A stretch of DNA of 64,000 bases from Leucoraja ocellata (GCA_036785375.1 JAWMAR010000481.1:1426001-1490000); one strand, 5' to 3'; shown: positions 12,700-27,200, numbered from the stretch's first letter. The notes: a model not told the origin generated them from the sequence alone. Program-made: numbers and translations.

Positions 12700-13465
12700 A
12701 CCACATCACACAATTTCCCCTACAACCACAAGAGATGCAACACCTGTCCCTACACCTCCTCCCTCGACTCCGTCCAAGGACCAGGCCAGTCCTTTCAGGT
12801 GAGGCAGAGGTTCACTTGCATCTACTCCAACCTCATCTACTGTATCCGCTGTTCCAGGTTTGAACTCCTTTATATCAGCGAGACCAAGCACAGGCTTGAT
12901 GATCGCTTTGCTGAACACCACCACCCAGTTTGCCTAAGCCTACACGATCTCCTGGTTGCTAAACGCTTTAACTACCCCTCCCATTCCCACACTGACCTGT
13001 CTGCCCTGGGCCTCCTCCACTGTCAGAGTGAGGCCCAGCGCAAATTGGAGGAACAGCATCTCATATTTTGCTTGGGCAGCTTACACCCCAGCGGTATCAC
13101 TATTGACTTCTCTAACTTCAAGTAACCCTAGCTTTCCCTCTCTCTCCATCCCTCCCCCACCCTAGTTCTCTGACCAGTTTCACTGTCCTCCTGATTAAAT
13201 ATTACTGATTGTGTGCCTCGTTGTCACCTTCCCCATAGCTAACAATGAACCTTTCTACATTTCCTTATCACGATCTGCTTTGATCTATCCTTTTCACACC
13301 TTTCCCCTCCATATCTCTATACCCCCTCCCAGTCTGAAGAAAGGTCTCACCCCAAAACATCACCCATTCCTTCTCTCGAGAGTTGCTGCCTTACCCGCAG
13401 AGTTACTCTAGCATTTTGTGTCTATCTTCGGTGTAAACCAGCATCTGCAGTTCCTTCCTGCACAA
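12700..13465 (+). mobile_element. Penelope-like retroelement 3' part (GIY-YIG)
   Basis: RQRFTCIYSNLIYCIRCSRFELLYISETKHRLDDRFAEH...RKLEEQHLIFCLGSLHPSG, followed by a degenerate hammerhead-bearing pLTR at about 13331-13363. Confidence 0.88.
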
Positions 13466-16400
13466 CTGTCAATGTATGTGAACCACATTCCCTCATGATA
13501 CTAATAAGCACATACCATTTGCAGAGGCAGCAGACAATGATCAGTTTAAGACACTATATGGGAAAATAGGACTTATGTTCCCTTTCTACAAACTGTAAAG
13601 GACCTCAGCCCGTAAAGGACCTTGCTTGCCTCGAGGAATGAGGGGGGCTCCTCATAGAAACTTACCGAATAGTGAAAGGCCTGGATAGAGTGGATGTGGA
13701 GAGGATGTTTCCACTAGTGGAAGAGACTAGGACCAGACTGCACTTTATTGCTCCTCGTTAGATCAGGAACTAAAATAAGAAACCCGCAGTACATTGAGCA
13801 ACATCAGGTAACAGGAAAGATTTTTGCCGTAAATTGCCCCACCTGCTCACTTGAACATTTCCAGCCTCATCCCATCTCTGGTTTTAAGCCAAATATCTGT
13901 GCTTGCCTTCTCCCCATAACCCTTGATTCCACTAGTCCCTAGAGCTCTATCTAACTCTGTCTTAAATCCATCCAGTAATTTGGCCTCCACTGCCCTATAA
14001 GGATATAGGACTAGTGTATGGGTGATCGTTGGTTGGTGTGGACACGGTGGGCTGAAGGGCCTGTTTTCATGCCATCTCTCTAAAACAAACTATTGTCGTT
14101 ACCTCGTTGGTCTCAGTTTAACATTGCTTGTGAAAGTCAGCAAAGTGCAAGATTCTTTCTATAGCCCTCAGACCAGTGAGCCCATGGGCTCATCTCTTAA
14201 CCAGACAGTCAAAACCTTTTTTAGTTTAGTTTATAGATGCAGCACTGTATCAGACCCTCCTGGTTGCGAAACGCTTTAACTACCCCTCCCATTCCCACAC
14301 TGACCTTTCTGTCCCGATCACATTGACAACCCAGACGCGGCTCCGACCCTCCCCCTCTCCCTCTCCCGCCCCCACTCACTGCTTCATGTTCTCCCCCAGC
14401 ACCTCCGCTGAGAGAATGGAGAGGCTGGGCTTGTATACTCTGGAGTTCAGATGGATGAGAGGGCGTCTTATTGAAACATATAAGATTATTAAGGGTTTGG
14501 ACATGATAGAGGCAGGAAACATGTTCCCAATGTTGGGGCCAGAACTAGGGGCAACAGTTTAAGAATAAGGGGTAAGATATTTAGAACGGAGATGATGAAA
14601 CACTTTATCACACAGAGAGTTGTGAGTGTGGAATTCTCTGCCAGTGGGCGGTGGAGGCCGGTTCTCTGTATACTTTCAAGAGAGAGCAAGATAGGGCTCT
14701 TAAAGATAGTGGAGTCAGGGGATATGGGGAGAAGGCAGGAACGGGGGGTACTGATTTGGGATGATCAGCCATGATCACATTGAATAGCGGTGCTGACTCG
14801 AAGGGCCGAATGGCCTACTCCTGCACCTATTGTCTATTGTCTATGTTTATTGATTGTGGCCCTGGCTGCTGCTTCAGTCTTAAACCTGATTCACTGAGCA
14901 GCCTTGGTTCTCATCAGCAAACATCAGCTGAAACACATTCTGCAGGGATTCTGCCCACGGCATTTTGTAATGCTGTAAAGGCAGCTTGTCACAACTTTTT
15001 AGTTTGTCCTTAGTTTATTGCTTTGATGCTGCCAATTCCCATCTACCCGATCACTTTAACTACAGTCATCAGGGTGGATCTCTATGATCAGCTCGAGTAA
15101 ACACAGAATAAGTTGCTGGTGGGAGTCTCTCAGCTCCATCAGAACCTAAAATGCAGGTGTACGTACATCTGGACAGCTCGTTCCCATTAATCAGTGTAAT
15201 CATGATCAATGAAATTCACCATCACTTTGAGCCCATTTCTAAACGTGGCAAATTTACTGAAATACGGAGAGGGTCTTCATTGCCCATTGGTTTTAATTCT
15301 TTCAGCCCCATTTCGTGGGGTAAACATGAACCTGTTAGTGCAAAACACAGCATCAGAATTATTTTTTTCATATGTAAAGCAGTATGCTTATTCTTTGTAG
15401 TAACAGCTCTGCTGGGAGGGCCCCCTGCTCAAATTAAACCTGCCTGTGCAACCTATGAGGAAGTGTAAGGAGAAGGACTGGGTCGAAATGTTATCAGAGT
15501 TTCAGACATCTGGCAGTTATTAATAACAAATGATTGCTGCGATTCAAGTAAATCAATGGCTGTCTTTGATACCTCATGAAGTTTTCATCCACGTTAATGC
15601 AAATGATAATGTAATGAAATTTAATGAAGTGGATCTCCCTCCTCTTAAAGCCCAGATAAACATGTGGCAGTCTGTGGCCCATGGATGGTATTGTGAGGTG
15701 TTGATTTGTTCAATGTGTTTATTTAATTTCTGCAGGTTCAATTTGTCTGCCATTAGCAGTCATGATATTGTATTACAGAATATAATAAAAATGATCTGCA
15801 GATGCTGGTTTGTACCAAAGATCGACACAAAATGCTGGAGTAGCTCAACAGGTCAGGCAGCATCTCTGGAGAAAATGGGTAGGGGAAGTGTCAGCTTGGG
15901 ACCCTTCTTCAGTGTGAGGAGAGAAGAGAGAGAGGGATTGCAAGGGTTACTTGAAGTTGGAGAAATCAATATTCATACCGCTGGGTTGTAAGCTGCCCAA
16001 GCATAATATGAGGTGCTAGTTCTGCAATTTGCATGTGGCCTCAGTCTGATAGTGGAGGAGGCACAGGACGGAAAGGTCAATGTGGGAATGGGAAGAGGAG
16101 TTAACATCTTTGGCAACTGGTAGGTCTCGTAGGCCAAGGTGGACTGAGCCTAGGTGTGTCAGCAAAATGATCGCCCAGTCTGTGCTTAGTCTCGCCGATA
16201 CATTGGAGGTTGGAGGAGGTGCGTGAACCTCTGCCTCACCTAAGAGGACTGTCGGGGTCCCTTGCAATCCCTATCTCTCCCTCCCTCCACCACCCGAGAC
16301 AACTTGCTAGTTTCATGGTTCGTATCCCTTTATTATCACTTCATCCACAGCCAACAATAGACCATTGTGGGCTCTACCTTTCCTGAGTCATCGATGATGG

Positions 16401-17339
16401 CTCTCATTTATTTTGTACCTTTTCATATCTCTAGTTTTCCTTTCCCCTGACTCAGTCTGAAGAACGGTCTTGACCCGAAATTTCTCCAGAGATGCTCTCT
16501 GACCCGCTGTGTTACTCCAGCATTTTGGGCCTATTTCGGTGTAAACTAGCATCTGCAATTCCTATCGATAATCTCCCTCACCTCTATCTACCTATCACTT
16601 GCCAGGTTTTGTCCTACCCCCCCCCACACCCCACACACACTCCACCACCACAATCAATGAAGAAGAATCCCAACCTGAAACATCACAACCATGTTCTCCA
16701 GAGATGCTGCCTGACCCATTTTTACTCCAGCACTTTATTTTGTAGTGGTGCCTTTAGTATTTTTAGTTTGAGGTACCAAAAGAAAGATATTATAGATATT
16801 GAAAATACCTTTATTTTTAAAATCCTGTTGGAAAAGGTAACTTTCTTATTGCGAATCTGAAACACTTTAGCCCCGAAGCCTCCTTTCCCCCATTGGTATC
16901 ATTGTCTTTACAAAGTGATTTTGTACAACATGAAGCTTCTTCAGAACACAATTATCACATTGGAGCAGATTATTTGTAATGGGTCCTGAACACTTTCCCA
17001 TCAGCACTCCATAGCAGATGCAGCACAGATCAGTACAGAGGAGAGTTTCTGCCATATTATAACAAGATCTTTCCTGGTCCCAGCACACTGATGAAATTAT
17101 AGGTCCTTTTCAGAATGGCAGGCAGTGGCGAGTGGAGTGCCGCAAGGCTCGGTGTTGGGGCCGCAACTGTTTACCATATATATTAATGATTTGGAAGAGG
17201 GAATTAGGAGCAACACTGGCAAATTTGTGGATGACACAAAGCTGGCTGGCAGTGTGAACTGTGAAGAGGATGTTGGGAGGTTGCAGGGTGACCTGGACAG
17301 GTTGAGTGAGTGGGCAGATGCGTGGCAGATGCAGTAGTC

Positions 17340-17990
17340 ACTCAAGTCAAGTCCAGTCAAGTCAAGAGAGTTTTATTGTCATGTGTCCCAGATAGGGCAA
17401 TGACATTCTTGCTTGCTGCAGCACAACAGAATATGTAAACATGTTTCAGAAAAGGAGATAAAAGTTCAGTGTCTGTAGACCATAGACCATATATATACAC
17501 AATAAATAACCGGATATGTTGCAATAGGCTGCTATTGTTCAGAGTTTGTTTGATGGCGTGTTTAATAGCCTGATGGCTGTGGGGAAGTTGCTGTTCCTGA
17601 ACCTGGATGTTCCAGTTTTCAAGCTCCTGTACCTTCTTCCCGATGGCAACGGAGAGATGAGTGTGTGGCCAGGATGGTGTGGGTCCTTGATGATGTTGGC
17701 AGGCTTTTTGAGCCAGCGACTGCGATAGGTCCCTTCGATGGTGGGGAGGTCAGAGCCGATGGTGGACTGGGCAGTGGTCACAACTTTCTGTATTCTTTTC
17801 CGCTCCTAACGAACCAAGCCACGATGCAACCAGTCAGTATGCTCTCTACTGTGCACCTGTAGAAGTGCGAGAGAGTCCTCCTTGACATACCGACTCTCCG
17901 TAATCTTCACAGGAAGTAGAGGCGCTGATGTGCCTTCATTATGATTGCATCAGTGTGCTGGGACCAGGAAAGACCTTCGGAAATATGCAA
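17340..17990 (-). mobile_element. Rex1/Babar-type LINE 3' fragment
   Basis: IIKDPHHPGH.L.SPLPSGRRYRSLKT.TSRFRNS.FPTAIRLLN with a (CTTGA)n tail. Confidence 0.8.
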
Positions 17991-19185
17991 GCCAGCTGAC
18001 TGTGATTCCATAAGGAAATGACCAATTGCATTGGGCACAAGAGCAAAGCAGGAAGGTTTGCTTTGTGTTGAGAGATCATTGCTAGGTTTGGATTAATCCT
18101 GAGCTTGAATTTAAACCAATGCTCTTAACGTGCCTCAGTTGATGGGAAACGCTGGGATACAAAGGGGGTGGGCTTTATGCTGCTGTTTAATAGAGCTCTG
18201 GTTAGACCACATCTGGTGCTCTGGGTGTGATTCCGGGCAGCACCGATCTGGAAGGATAGACAATAGACAATCGGTGCAGGAGTAGGCCATTCGGCCCTTC
18301 GAGTCAGCAACGCCATTCGCTGTGATCATGGCTGATCATCCACAATCAGTACCCCGTTCCTGCCTTCTCTCCATATTCCCTGACTCCATTATCTTTAAGA
18401 GCCCTATCTAGCTCTCTCTTGAAAGTATCCAGACATCCGGCCTCCACCACCATCTGAGGCAGAGAATTCCACTGACTCACAACTTTCTGGGTGAAAAAGT
18501 GTTCCCTCATCCCGTTCTATGACCAGTCAGTATGCTCTCTACTGTGTACCTGTGGAAGTTTGAGAGAGTCCTCCTTGACAAACCGACTCTCCGTAATCTT
18601 CTCAGCTGATGTGCCTTCGTTATGATTGCATCAGTGTGCTGGGACCAGGAAAGATCTTCGGAAATATGCATGCCAGCTGTCTGTGATTCCATAAGGAAAT
18701 GACCAATTGCATTGGGCACAAGAACAAAGCAGGAAGGTTTGCTTTGTGTTGAGAGACCACTGGTAGATTTGGTTTAATCCTGAGCTTGAATTTAAAGTAA
18801 CGCTCTTAACGTGCCTCAGTTGATGGGAATCACTGGGATACAAAGGGGGTGGGGTTTAAACAGCTGTTTAATAGAATTAGACCACATCTGGAGCTCTGGG
18901 TGTAATTCCGGGCAGCACCGCTCAGGAAGAATAGACAATAGGTGCAGGAGTAGGCCATTCGGCCCTTTGAGCCAGCACCGCCATTCGCTGTGATCATGGC
19001 TGATCGTCCACAATCAGTACCCCGTTCCTGACTTCTCCCCATATCCCCTGACTCCATTATCTTTAAGAGCCCTATCTAGCTCTCTCTTGAAAGTATCCAG
19101 AGAACCGGCCTCCATCGCTCTCTGAGGCAGAGAATTCCCCAGACTCAAACTCTCTGGGTTAAAAATGTTACCTCATCCCATTCTA
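17829..19185. repeat. ~690-bp tandem duplication of a LINE/unique/CR1 mosaic
   Basis: 17829-18519 and 18522-19185 share the same order of Rex-like fragment, unique spacer and CR1 3' end. Confidence 0.85.
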
Positions 19186-19730
19186 AATCCCTTACCCCTT
19201 ATTCTTAAACTGTGGCCCCTGGTTCTGGACTCCTCCAACATCAGGTACATATATCCTGCCTCTAGCGTGTCCAAACCCTTAATAATCTTGTATGTTTCAA
19301 TAAGATCCTTTCTCATCCTTCTAAATTCCAGATTATACAAGCCAAGCCGCTCCATTCTCTCAGTATATGACAGTCCCACCATCCTGGGAATTAACCTTGT
19401 GAACCTACGCTGCACTGGCTTAATAACAAGAATGTCCTTCCTCAATTTAGGGGACCAAAACTGCACAAAATACCCCAGGTGTGGTCTCACTCGGGCCCTG
19501 TACAACTGTAGAAGGACCTCTTTGCTCCAATACTCAACTCCTCTGGTTATGAAGGTCAACATGCCATTCGCTTTCTTCACTGCCTGCTGTACCTGAATGC
19601 TTACTTTCATTGACTGATGTACAAGGACCCCCAGATCCCATTGTACTTTCCCTTTTCCCAACTTGACACCATTCAAATAATACTCTGCCTTTCTGTTTTT
19701 GCCACCAAGGTGGATAACCTCACATTTATT
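18930..19730 (-). mobile_element. CR1-type LINE 3' fragment
   Basis: KCEVIHLGGKN...DLGVLVHQS...RPHL.Y.VQFWSP.LRKD. Confidence 0.88.
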
Positions 19731-21141
19731 AGGGCTGCCAACATTGGGTGAGAGTTGAGAGTGAGAAATTGCCCCCCCCCCCCCCCCCCCTCTCCCACGG
19801 TAGGGAGCTTTCGCATTTTTCAGCTTTAAATTGTGCAATCTGGTGCATACTGTAGTGAGTCTTTTAACTTACACTTGAATGCAACATTTATGCTTTAAAT
19901 TGGATTAGGTATGAATAAGGTTAGGCTGAATTGCATTCCTGATTACATTCGACAATAGAGCCAGGCTCTGATCAACAGCACATGGTGCAGCACATGAATG
20001 ATTATATTAATGTATGGAAATCAGATTATATTCATGCTGTTATGCGTATATATATATAGAGAAAAACACAGAGAACTAAGGCAAGAGTCGGACTTCCACC
20101 ACTGTCTGTACAAACAAATCAATCATCCTTACCTTTTGAATTTAGAAACAAGTTTAAAATAATGCCGCATATTCAATCACATATGGTTCAATGAAATTAA
20201 GATATATATGTAAAATATATAAATGGAAACAGGCACTTCAGCCCACCAAGGCCACACTGACCAGCAATCTATCATATACCAGTTACGTCCATCACGCCAG
20301 GGACAATTTACAGAAGCCAATTAACCTACAAACCAGCACTTCTTTCAGATATGGGAGAAACTGGAATATCCAGAGAAAACCCATGTAATAGTAAGGCAGC
20401 AACTCTACTGCTGCGCCACCGTGCCACACCATTAAATTATTTTTTCTGTAATATATTTTTTATGGTGCCACGTCAATAAAGATGAACATGTGATTCTGAT
20501 TTCTGCCCTTAGCTGGATAACACACATCTCAAATCATTGCGTTTCAACCTCTTCAGTCTGAAGATCTCGACCCAAAACATCACCCATTCTTTCGCTCCAG
20601 AGATGCTGCCTGTCCTGCTGAGTTTTACTAGTTTTTAGTGTCTATCTTCAGTTTAAACCAGCATCTGCAGTTCCTTCCTACACTGTTTGTTAAGCAAAAT
20701 AGTTCCGATTCTCATAATATCTTTCACCTCAACTAAGTTTTTCCTTCATCTCCGTTACTGCAGAGAATACAATCCCAGTTATCAAATCTTTCTCCAAAAT
20801 GAAACAAAAAATTCCAGCCCTGCCAACATCTTCATAAATCACCCCTGGATATTCTCCAGAGCAATTACACCCTTTCTACAATGTGTCAGTCTTACAGCAT
20901 GGAAACAAGCCCTTCATCCCAACTTGTTCATGCAGATCAAGATGCCCCATCTAAACTAGTCCCATTTATCCGCTTTTGGCCTACATCCCTTTAAACCTTG
21001 TGTGTGCCAGTGTGTGTGTGTGTGTGTGTGTGTGAGTCAGTGAAGCGGTGAAAACATCCGGAGTGAGCGGAGACTTGGCGATGCCCGAGGAGCATTTCCC
21101 TCCCGGGAATGCGGGCTGGCCCAGGTGCTCCTTGTCCAGCT

Positions 21142-21300
21142 GGGGTCCGGGGGAGGTGAGAGTCAGTGACCCGGGGGTCCGGGGGAGGTGAGAGTCAGTG
21201 ACCCGGGGGTCCGGGGGAGGTGAGAGTCAATGACCCGGGGGTCCGGGGGAGTTGAGGGTCAGTGACGAGGGTCCGGGGGAGGTGAGGGTCAGTGACCCGG
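21142..21300. repeat. 32-bp G-rich minisatellite
   Basis: GGGGTCCGGGGGAGGTGAGAGTCAGTGACCCG repeated about 5 times. Confidence 0.9.
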
Positions 21301-22184
21301 GTGTCGGGCATCAAAGCGGACCCTTAGCCCGAGATTCATCCCCGCGGCTCCGGATGAGGCACCGACGCCCCCACTCACCCGGTCCGTTCCTGGCTACGGG
21401 CCGGGGTTAAAACTCCATGGGGTGTGGACAGAACGACCGACGGACATAGAGCTGCCGGTGGTGAGGGTGGGAGGTGTGTACCGTGCCTTGGGGGAGAAAA
21501 GGGAGGGGGGTTGGTGCTGGGACCACCGCCGAATCTCACCTCATCTGCACGGGAGAAACTAAACTCCATTTTTCTCTCTCCCGCCTTTCTTAAAAAGTGG
21601 AATAACATTAGCTACCCTCCAATCCACAGGAACTGATCCTGAATCTATAGAACATTGGAAAATGAACACCAATGTGTCCATGATTTCTAGAGCCACGTCC
21701 TTAAGTGCCCTGGGATGCAGACCATCAGGCCCTGGGGATTTATCAACCTTCAGTCCTAGCAGTCTACCCAACACCATTTACAGCCTAATGTGGATTTCCT
21801 TCTGTTCCTCCGTCACCCCAGATCCTCTGGCCACTAGTACATCAGGAAGATTGTTTGTGTCCTCCTTAGTGAAGACGGATGTGTGTCCTTGGTGGTGGTG
21901 CAGTGGGTGCATCCCCTCCAGGGACAGTGACAGTGGGAGAGAAGTGGCTGGAATATCAGGTCTGGTTCTATGCTCCCTGAGGTGAGGAGAATTGAAGGTG
22001 TAATTGGGGAGATTAAAATAATCACTGGATGCACTGGAGCAGACGAAGAATCTGCTTCCTCTGCCGTGGATCCAAACAAGGACAAAAACATAAACATGGC
22101 ATCCAGGATATTGGTAACCCAGAACTGCCCCTGGAAGATGTCAAGACTGGGTTCAGTTGAAAGTTTCCACATGGACAGGATGTT

Positions 22185-25100
22185 AGAAACATAGAAACAT
22201 AGAAAACAGGTGCAGGAGTAGGCCATTCAGCCCTTTGTGCCAGCACTGCCATTCAATATGATCATGGCTGATCATCCAAAATCAGTAACCTGTTCCTGTT
22301 TTTCCCCATAGCCCTTGATTCCGTTAGCCCAAAGAGCTATACAGGTGCACAACCTTTTATCCGGTGTTCCGGAAACCGAAAAAGTCCGAAAACCGGCCAT
22401 TTTTTCCAGGATGTCGCCTACACACCAAAGCTCGCGTTTGGCGCCAAACTTGACCCGAAACGACCCACGGTCAACCCAGGTCTGTACTACTGTAGCGGCT
22501 GCCTCCTCCCTGGAGACTGGGGAGACACTTAAACATCTGTAAATCATTGCTTAAATGTTAGTCAGTTAGTTTGGAGGGCTTTTATGTGAAGGGGGGGTTG
22601 AAAGGGTAAACTTTAAGTCTTAGTCCCCTACCTGGTCGGAGAGACGGGGAGCGGTCAATGCCTTACCGGGTCGCCGTGCAGTAAGCTCCGCAGCGCTGTG
22701 GCCGGTGGGGCTGCGGGCGGCGCCGGTTGTAGCTCCGACCCCGGCAACTCTACCCCTGGCTGCGAGGCGCTCCAAATCCAGCGCCGTCCACGGCCGGACG
22801 CCCCCCACCCCAGCTCCGCAAATGTTGGGAGTCGGCGGCGTCGCAGCGCTGGGATACCTGCGGGGAGCGGGCAATGCCTTACCGGGATGCTGTGCGGTAA
22901 GCTCCAGGGCGCTGAGGCCGCCTTCTCCCAACATTCACGGAGCTGGGGCTGCGGGCGTCCGACCGCGGGCGACGCTGGATTTGGAGCGCCTCGCAGCCAG
23001 GGGTAGAGTTGCCGGGGTCGGAGCTACAACCGGCGCTGCCCGCGGCCGGACAGAGCCCCCAGCTCCGCGATGTTGCGAGTCGCCGACCAGGTAGGGGACT
23101 AAGAATTAAAGTTTCCCCCTTCACCCACCCACCCCACCACCACCACCACCACCACCACATAAAATCCCTCCAAACTAACTGACTAACATTTATGCAATGA
23201 TTTACAATGATTCCCCGGTGTCCGGGGAGGAGGCAGTCGCTCCAGACTTTTCAAGCCGCCCGCGCTACCTACCTAATCTACGCTAAAAATCTTCCATTCG
23301 GAAATCCGAAAATGTCCGCAATCCGACAAGTGTCTGGTCCCAAGGCTTTCGGATCAAAGGTTGTGCACCTGTATCTAACTCTCTTGAAAACATCTAGCGA
23401 TTTGGGCTCCATTGCCTTCTGTGGCAGAGAATTTTACAGATTCACAACTTGATGGGTGAAAAAGTTTTTCCTCATCTCAGTCCTAAATGGCCTACCCCTT
23501 TTTCTGAAACTCTGGTTCTGGACTGCCCCAACATCGGGAGCATTTTTCCTGCATCTAGCCTGTCCAATCCCTAAAAAATTTTATATGTTTCTATAAGATC
23601 CCCTCTCATCTTTCTAAATTCCAGTGAATACAAGCCCAGTCGACACATTCTTTCATCATATGTCAGTCGCGCAATCCTGGGAATTAACCTGGTGAACCTA
23701 CTCTGCACTCCCTCAATAGCAAGAATGTCCTTCTACAAATTAGAAGACCAAAACTGCACACAATAATACTCCAGGTGCGGTCTCACCAGGGCCCTGCACA
23801 GCTGCAGTAGGACCTCCTTGCTCATTTACTCAAATCAACTCGGTAGGAAGGCTTAAATGCCTTTAGCTTTCTTCACTGCCTGCTGTTCCTGCATGCTTAC
23901 TGTCAGTGATTGATGTACAGGGAAACCCAGGTCTCGCTGCACTTCCTCTTTTCCTCATCTGACACCATTCAGATAATAATCCACCTTCCTGTTCTTACCA
24001 CCAAAGTAGATAACCTCACATGTATCCACATTATACTGCATCTGCAATGCAACTGCCCACTGACCCAACCTATCCAAGTCATCCTGCAGCCTCTTAGCAT
24101 CCTCCTCAGCTCACACTGCCACCCAGCTTTGTATCATCTGCAAACGTGGAGATGTTACATTTGATTCCCTTGTCTAAATTGTTAATCTATATTGTAAATA
24201 ATTGGGGTCCCAGCACCAAGCCTTGCGCCACCCCACTTGTCATTGCCTGCCATTCTGAAAAGGCCATGTTAATTCCTACTCTTTGCTTCCTGTCTGCCAA
24301 CCAGTTTTCTATCCATGTCAGTACCCTACCCCCAATACTGTGTGCTCTCATTATGCACTCAAATCTCTTGTGTGGGCCTTGTCAAAGGCTTTTTGAATGT
24401 CCAGATACACAACATCCATTGGCTCTCCCTTATCCATTCTAGTTGTTAAATCCTCAAAAATTTCCAGAAGATTAGTCAAGCATGATTTCCCCTTCATAAA
24501 TCCATGCTGACTGACCGATCCTGTCACTGCTTTAAAAATGCGCTGCTATTACATATTTAATAATCGACTCAAGCATCTTCCCCACTATCAATGGAAGGCT
24601 AACTGGTCTATAATTCCCTGTTTTCTCTCTCCCTCCTTTGTTCAAAAGTGGGGTTACATTAGCTACCCTCCAGTCCTCAGGAACTGATCCAGAGCCTATA
24701 GAACATTGGAAAATGATCACGAATGCATTCACAATTTCTATGCCCACCTCCTTGAGTACTCTGGGATGCAGACCATCAGGCCCTGTGGATTTATCGGCCT
24801 TCAGTCCCAACTGTTTACCCAACACCATTTCATGACTAATATCAATTTCCTTCAGTTCCTCCATCACGCCAGATCCTCAGTCCCCTAGTATTTCTGGGAT
24901 ATTGTTTGTGTCTTCCTTAGTGAAGACAGAACCAAAGTACTTGTTTAACTGGTCTACCATTTCCTTGTTTCCCATTATAAATTCATCTGTTTCTGACTTT
25001 GAGGTACCTCCATTTGTCTTCACTAATCTTTTCCTCTTCACATACAGTACAGTATCAAAAAATGTTTTAACTGTCAGTTTTGATATTCCCCGCAAGCTTT

Positions 25101-25270
25101 CTTTCATACTATTTTTCCCCTCTTATTTAATCCCTTTTGTCCTCCTCTGCTGAATTCTAAATTTCCCCCAATCCTGTGGTTTGCTGCTTCCTCCAGCCAA
25201 TTTATATGCCTCTTCCTTGGATTTAATACTATCCCTCATTTTCCTTGTTAGCCACAGTTGAGCCACCTTC
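22185..25270 (-). mobile_element. Long degenerate CR1-type LINE interrupted by a TIR element
   Basis: LK.DKS.GPDGLHPRVLKEV...PEDWRVANVTPL.NKG.REKTGNYRPVSL, with RT motifs and a (TTTCTATG)n tail at about 22185. Confidence 0.88.
22342..23371. mobile_element. Tc1/mariner (pogo/Tigger-like) non-autonomous element with long internal inverted repeats
   Basis: TA|CAGGTGCACAACCTTT ... AAAGGTTGTGCACCTG|TA. Removing it restores the CR1 sequence GAGCTATATCTAACT. Confidence 0.85.
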
Positions 25271-27160
25271 TTTGGTGATTAAAGGACTCCATTTATCCAA
25301 GGTGGATAAATGGAGTTCAAACACAGATCAGCAGAGAGTGGGGATGGGCTGTAGGGGTGAAGAACCTTTTTAATGATCCTCTATGCATGGGACAAATTTG
25401 AACACAATCTCTGCATGCAGCTGTTGATTTACCAGAAACATGTTTCATATTTTGACTGTTGATGGGTGTGTGAAACTGGACAGTGATGTGGGCACTATTT
25501 CCTTCACCTCAGATTTCCTGTTGGAGATGGCAGCTTGTCTTAATCTGAACAGGGGGAATCCCACAGGGAACAGACTTGCTAAAAAGAACAAGCAGGCTGC
25601 TTGACATATGGAAATATGTCCCTGACTTAAAGACCAACACCTATAAACAATTCTTACGTTACTGAAAAGATAACTGACCAATAGGACTGAGTCTGAAGAC
25701 AGAGATGTGCTTCATGCAAGTGTGGAGAATATCGGTCATTTTTAGAAAAACAACAGCATTTAGTCGGATTAAACCTAATTTTCCATTTCTTTGCCCATTT
25801 CTGAGCTGATATATATCGTCTATACTTTAGAGTGCATCTGCCCACTCACCCAACCAATCCAAGTCATCCTGCAGCCTCATAGCATCCTCCTCGCAGATCT
25901 ATACTTTAACATCCTTGCTCACTGTCCGCAGATCCCTGCAGAGCTCAGCTGGTCACAGACTTCCACTCTGAATAACGACATTCACCACAACCCTCTGTCT
26001 TCTATCAGTAAACAGGTATTGACCCAGATGACAAAATCACTCTGAAGGCCGTGCATTTTGACCTTCTTGGACAACCAACCATGGAGAACTTTCTCAAATG
26101 CCTTACTATGGTCCATATGGACAACATCCACTGCCCTACCTTCATGGATCACCTTTGTCACCTCCTCAAAAAAATCATTCAAGTTAGTAAGACATGATCT
26201 GTGGCGTACAAAGCCATGCTGATGGTCCCTTACTAGCCCATTGGCTTCCAAATGGTAGTAAATCCTATCCCAAAGAATCCTCTCCAATTACATTCCTACC
26301 ACTGATGTGAGGCAAAACATACTTTGGAATACAAGTGGAACCAAAACATTCATACCCCGAGAGAAAGAAAATACTGAATGTCTAATCTATCTCTAAATGC
26401 CTTTTAATCATTGCTGTCGTATCTGCTTCCACAACGTCCCCATGTAATGCATTCCAAACATCAATGTTTTGTACAATCTTCATATCTACTGTCATACGCC
26501 TGAGGACATCGACCACCTCCATGTCCATAATACACACTGTCCTCAAGACATCTCCATTAACTGTCCCAAGTTCCTGTAAAAGGACAAATGGCAATGGTAA
26601 AAGTGAGGTTGAAAGGGTAACAGGACATCTGTTTAGCTGCCATGGGAGTTGGATTGAGCTGTGTTTGTTGCTCTATGTCTGTTGGAGCTGCATGATTTAG
26701 AACTGTTGTGAGACCATTCTGAAGTAGGAACAGATGCTCCACAGAACATCTCTCCCTGGGATTTCCTGCCATTGAGCACTTGGCTGCTCCCTTGACTGGG
26801 CAGCCTCCTGTTTCTCAGTGCGACTGCTTCTCTTAGTGTTGCACTTCCTGTTCTTGAAAACATGGATCAAAAGACCCATAGCTGACACAGATCAAAGGGT
26901 TTTCTAACAGCAGTGAGGGGACACCTGTCCAGGAGTGAAACTCAGTTTTAATCTCTGGGAGAGAAAATTCCTCACCAATATATAATCCTCCTTCCACCCA
27001 AGATATTCTGGTTCACATTGATTCTTCCAAGGTTAGTGGAGGCAGAAGATTGTGCAAATAAGTTTTATCAATTCAGTCCCTCTCTCTCACTGCATGGGTT
27101 CTCCCTGTCAATCTCTCTCAGGGGGCTAACTTTACACTGCTTACAGTTTCTCTGCAGCTT

Positions 27161-27200
<40 letters not shown>

